Shown piece by piece: positions 61,159 to 64,000 of a stretch of 64,000 bases of DNA. Both the position numbers and the translations under genes were made by a program. Origin of the DNA: Takakia lepidozioides. Its lineage: Eukaryota; Plantae; Bryophyta. Positions within the stretch are counted from its first letter, which is position 1, and each line of letters begins with the position of its first letter. Under the pieces are notes generated by a model, which did no database searches, was not told where the DNA came from, and saw nothing but the letters and a program-made list of their open reading frames with translations. The stretch spans positions 88,350,001 through 88,414,000 of the forward strand of contig CM060731.1 in NCBI GenBank assembly GCA_030704615.1, read 5' to 3'.

Positions 61159-64000
61159 AATGCCGAAGGGGAGGAAGCAGATGCGTCAACAGGAGGAGAT
61201 TTCCATCTCGCAACATCAGGCCACGCAGGCAACCCAGCCACCAGTGAGAGCTCCGTGCTATCGGGATTCGCCAGCTGATCGAGCAGCGAAACCCGTCTCA
61301 TTTTTCTTCTGCAATTCTTAGACTGTATGCTAGGAGACTTGACTGCAGAAGATGTTTGCATGCCTAACCGGAAAGGTGGACGTGCTAGAGGGATCGCAGG
61401 AATCCGAAGAGCCGCAGGCAGAGTCTGTGGAGCTAGCTGCAACACGCACACCCAGCCGATCCACGAGCACGGGTCTTCCTGCCGGTCCTAGCCCTGTGCG
61501 TTTCAAGGACGCGGCTTCCAAGGGCAAGTCTTTGCAGTTCAAAGCCCCAGAGAGTGACTCGCCTTCAAAGGTCATGGAGAATTGCCAGCAGGGGTCTAGC
61601 TCTTCTCTAGCAAAGACGAAGAAGAAGCAGCCCGTCCTTCAACTTGTTTCTGAACCGGACCAGGCCGTTTCCCCCCCACCCAGGCGAATGAAGCAGATTC
61701 AATTGCAGTAGACACCTTCACCTGCAAGAATGAGGAAGCACAAGGCAACCGCAAAACCAATTCCACGAGCTGAAGCCCAGTTCCTGCTTGATTTCCAGCC
61801 TGCTGCAGCGAAGGCAATGGGATCGACCGTCGATCTGGTACCGGAGGAGGGTGCTGCTTCTCAACGTTCTCAGCAAGACCTGACCAGAGTTGAGGAAGAC
61901 CTGACCACTGAAGGCCCGGAGGAGGCCTCTGCAATTGCACAATCGTCCGCAAAGATTCCCCAGAGTGCAGCTCCAGTTGGGGATGCTCAAGCTGCTCAGC
62001 CCCAGCCGCCACCAGCAGAAATGTCTCCGGAGGAATTCCAAAGTGCAGCGGATACAATGTTGGAGGAGACACATAGTAGCATTGGCAGAGTTCTGGGCAG
62101 CAGGGTATTCCAGCGGACTCTTCGAATCCCACTCTGTCGCATGGTCTCCCTTCCCACCGTCAGGCAGGCACTTCCCGGAGATGTGGATAAGCTCAAGTTT
62201 GCATTTCGAGAAGGGTACCGTCTAGGTTCGCCAGCCTTCTACGTTTCCCTTGAGAATGAGGACGGCGAATCTCGTGGACCCACTGCGGAGGAATTGTCAA
62301 CATGGGATACCCACTGGCACACTCGCAACGACGAATTCGAGGCAACCCTGAAGGGTGATCACGACTTCGGCCATATGTCGGGTAAAATGTTCTTTGTGTG
62401 GGACGGGAATCACCGACTTCTCGCCTGGTGGGAGTACATCAAGCAGAACCATGCCAAGCACATTGGCTGGCATTACATGGTGGAGTGTGTCATCCTCAAG
62501 GTGAAGGCGACAGACTCCTTCTTGCTCAAGAATGCCATGGCGGACCTCAACTCGTAAGATACTCATACCCTCCCAAGCACGTTCGAAATGCGGTGCCGCA
62601 TTTCGGTTTCGAATCTGTTTTGTTTCCGTGCTTCCGTGGACTGAACTGGAGAGTGTGCCTTGTAGGGTCACTTAAAATGCATACGTGCATACCCACATGG
62701 CACATATGCTGTACAGGGTGAGGAAAACTGGTCTCACTGATCCGCACATGTTCGCGGAAATGCTGGAGCCCGAGCTCATTCAGAAAGCCGTGGCAAAAAC
62801 TGACCGGACATGGTATCGTCTCACTATGGATGGAATGGTGGAGGTGATATACGAAGTAAGTCGTCCTCCCATTTCCCTCTGCTCATCCTTCCCCAATTTC
62901 CGGTAATCTTTCCACATGAATCGAATGTAACGCTTCTGCATGTTTTTGTTGGCAGTCAAACATCAAGCTGGATTTGGCCCATGCCAAACGCTTCTTCATG
63001 GAAAGTGAGGGGTAGGTCAAAACGTTGCAGTCATTGACTGAGCACTTGAAGGAAGCCGGGGTCAAGTCCAGAACGAAATACAAGTCAAAGCTTGTGAAGC
63101 TGGTGGCCATTGCAGATCCGGCACTTGGAAAGGACTTCATCCCCGAGATTGCAAAACACTATTCTCGGGCCATGCAGCCGACTGTTTCAATTCACTGAAG
63201 TTCCTTCCTAGTAATAGCCACTCTTCTTCCTGCTCCTGACATTGGATCGGAAATGGCAGACACGGTGGCTGTCAATCTGGAATGCATCGGAGAGTATAAG
63301 GACTCTGCGAGTACGTTGGTCTCAACTTTTGCTCACGCATGCTGACTGCCCTGCAGGTATATGAAATACGTGCTTCTTCAGACAGGAACAGCAGAAACAG
63401 ATAGTGCAAGTAGAGGGTGAGGAAGAGGACTCCGATGGAGACTTTGCAACCAGCCCACCCCCCGAGACGCAGCCAAAATCCCCTGTGCCCACCATTGTCA
63501 CGAGAGGGACGAGAACAGGCTTAGTCAAGAAGGCACTCTTCAACCCCCCGGGGGGGCACCCTTTTGAGCCGGTGGAAATGAAGAGGCCGAAAGTGGATCC
63601 CGATACAGTAGTCCAGTGTGTGAATGAGAGTTTCATGGCGGCTCTGGACGGACGGGCAGCCAAGTTGGCATACATCAAGACCATGGAGGGTCTGAAGGGC
63701 AGAGCACTGAAGAAGGCGGCTGAAGCAGAGCCTTCCGACACCCCTTGGTTTCTGAAGATGGTCTCGTTCTTCGAGAAGGTGTGTGCAGGGAAGGATTGTA
63801 GGAGGGGAGGAAAAGCCATAGAGTGGTCTTGCGATATGATCATCTTGGATATTCCGGACGGAGAGCCTGTGGAAGGACTGCAAGCTTTGCCATCTTGGAA
63901 CAGGTACTCCGAGGACTTTTGGAAGAAAGGATTCGGGCTCGCCCGCATGGTGTTGGACGACAGAGGCTGTGTGGTTGTCCTGGCAAGCAGAGGCAAAAAC
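61159..64000 (+). pseudogene. ParB-MTase-like fusion gene (copy D), internally deleted and cut by the window end
   Basis: DGNHR at 62402-62416; DIPDG at 63848-63862; same introns as copy C. Confidence 0.75.

Larger units (their letters stand above)
55021..64000 (+). mobile_element. Mutator-like element copy D, near full length (runs off window end)
   Basis: Left TIR GAGGTTTACTATTTCATGAGC at 55021 interrupts the last exon of the copy C gene; contains transposase, array 1 and the ParB-MTase gene. Confidence 0.85.

Overview
Repeat-dense eukaryotic nuclear DNA, probably from a non-seed land plant (GT-AG introns, PLS-type PPR fragments, plant-type TEs); no intact host gene is evident. Nested background elements: Ty3/Gypsy pieces, two solo LTRs, RandI/Dualen-like and L1-like LINEs, and a CACTA element carrying PPR fragments. 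The main feature is four copies of a large Mutator-like DNA transposon (about 14 kb reconstructed) with 21-bp imperfect TIRs and an 8-9 bp TSD. It encodes a GCM-like/DDE/SWIM transposase and a spliced gene fusing a ParB/Srx-like domain (WDGNHRL) to a beta-class amino-DNA-methyltransferase-like domain. It also carries a divergent pair of unknown paralogs and arrays of a 22-bp palindrome (GGAAATGCGG-NN-CCGCATTTCC), one phased at 53 bp. A diverged sister-family gene fragment carries a different palindrome of identical geometry, suggesting a co-evolving ParB/parS-like protein-site system on a eukaryotic transposon. All domain calls come from motifs read by eye, not from database searches.
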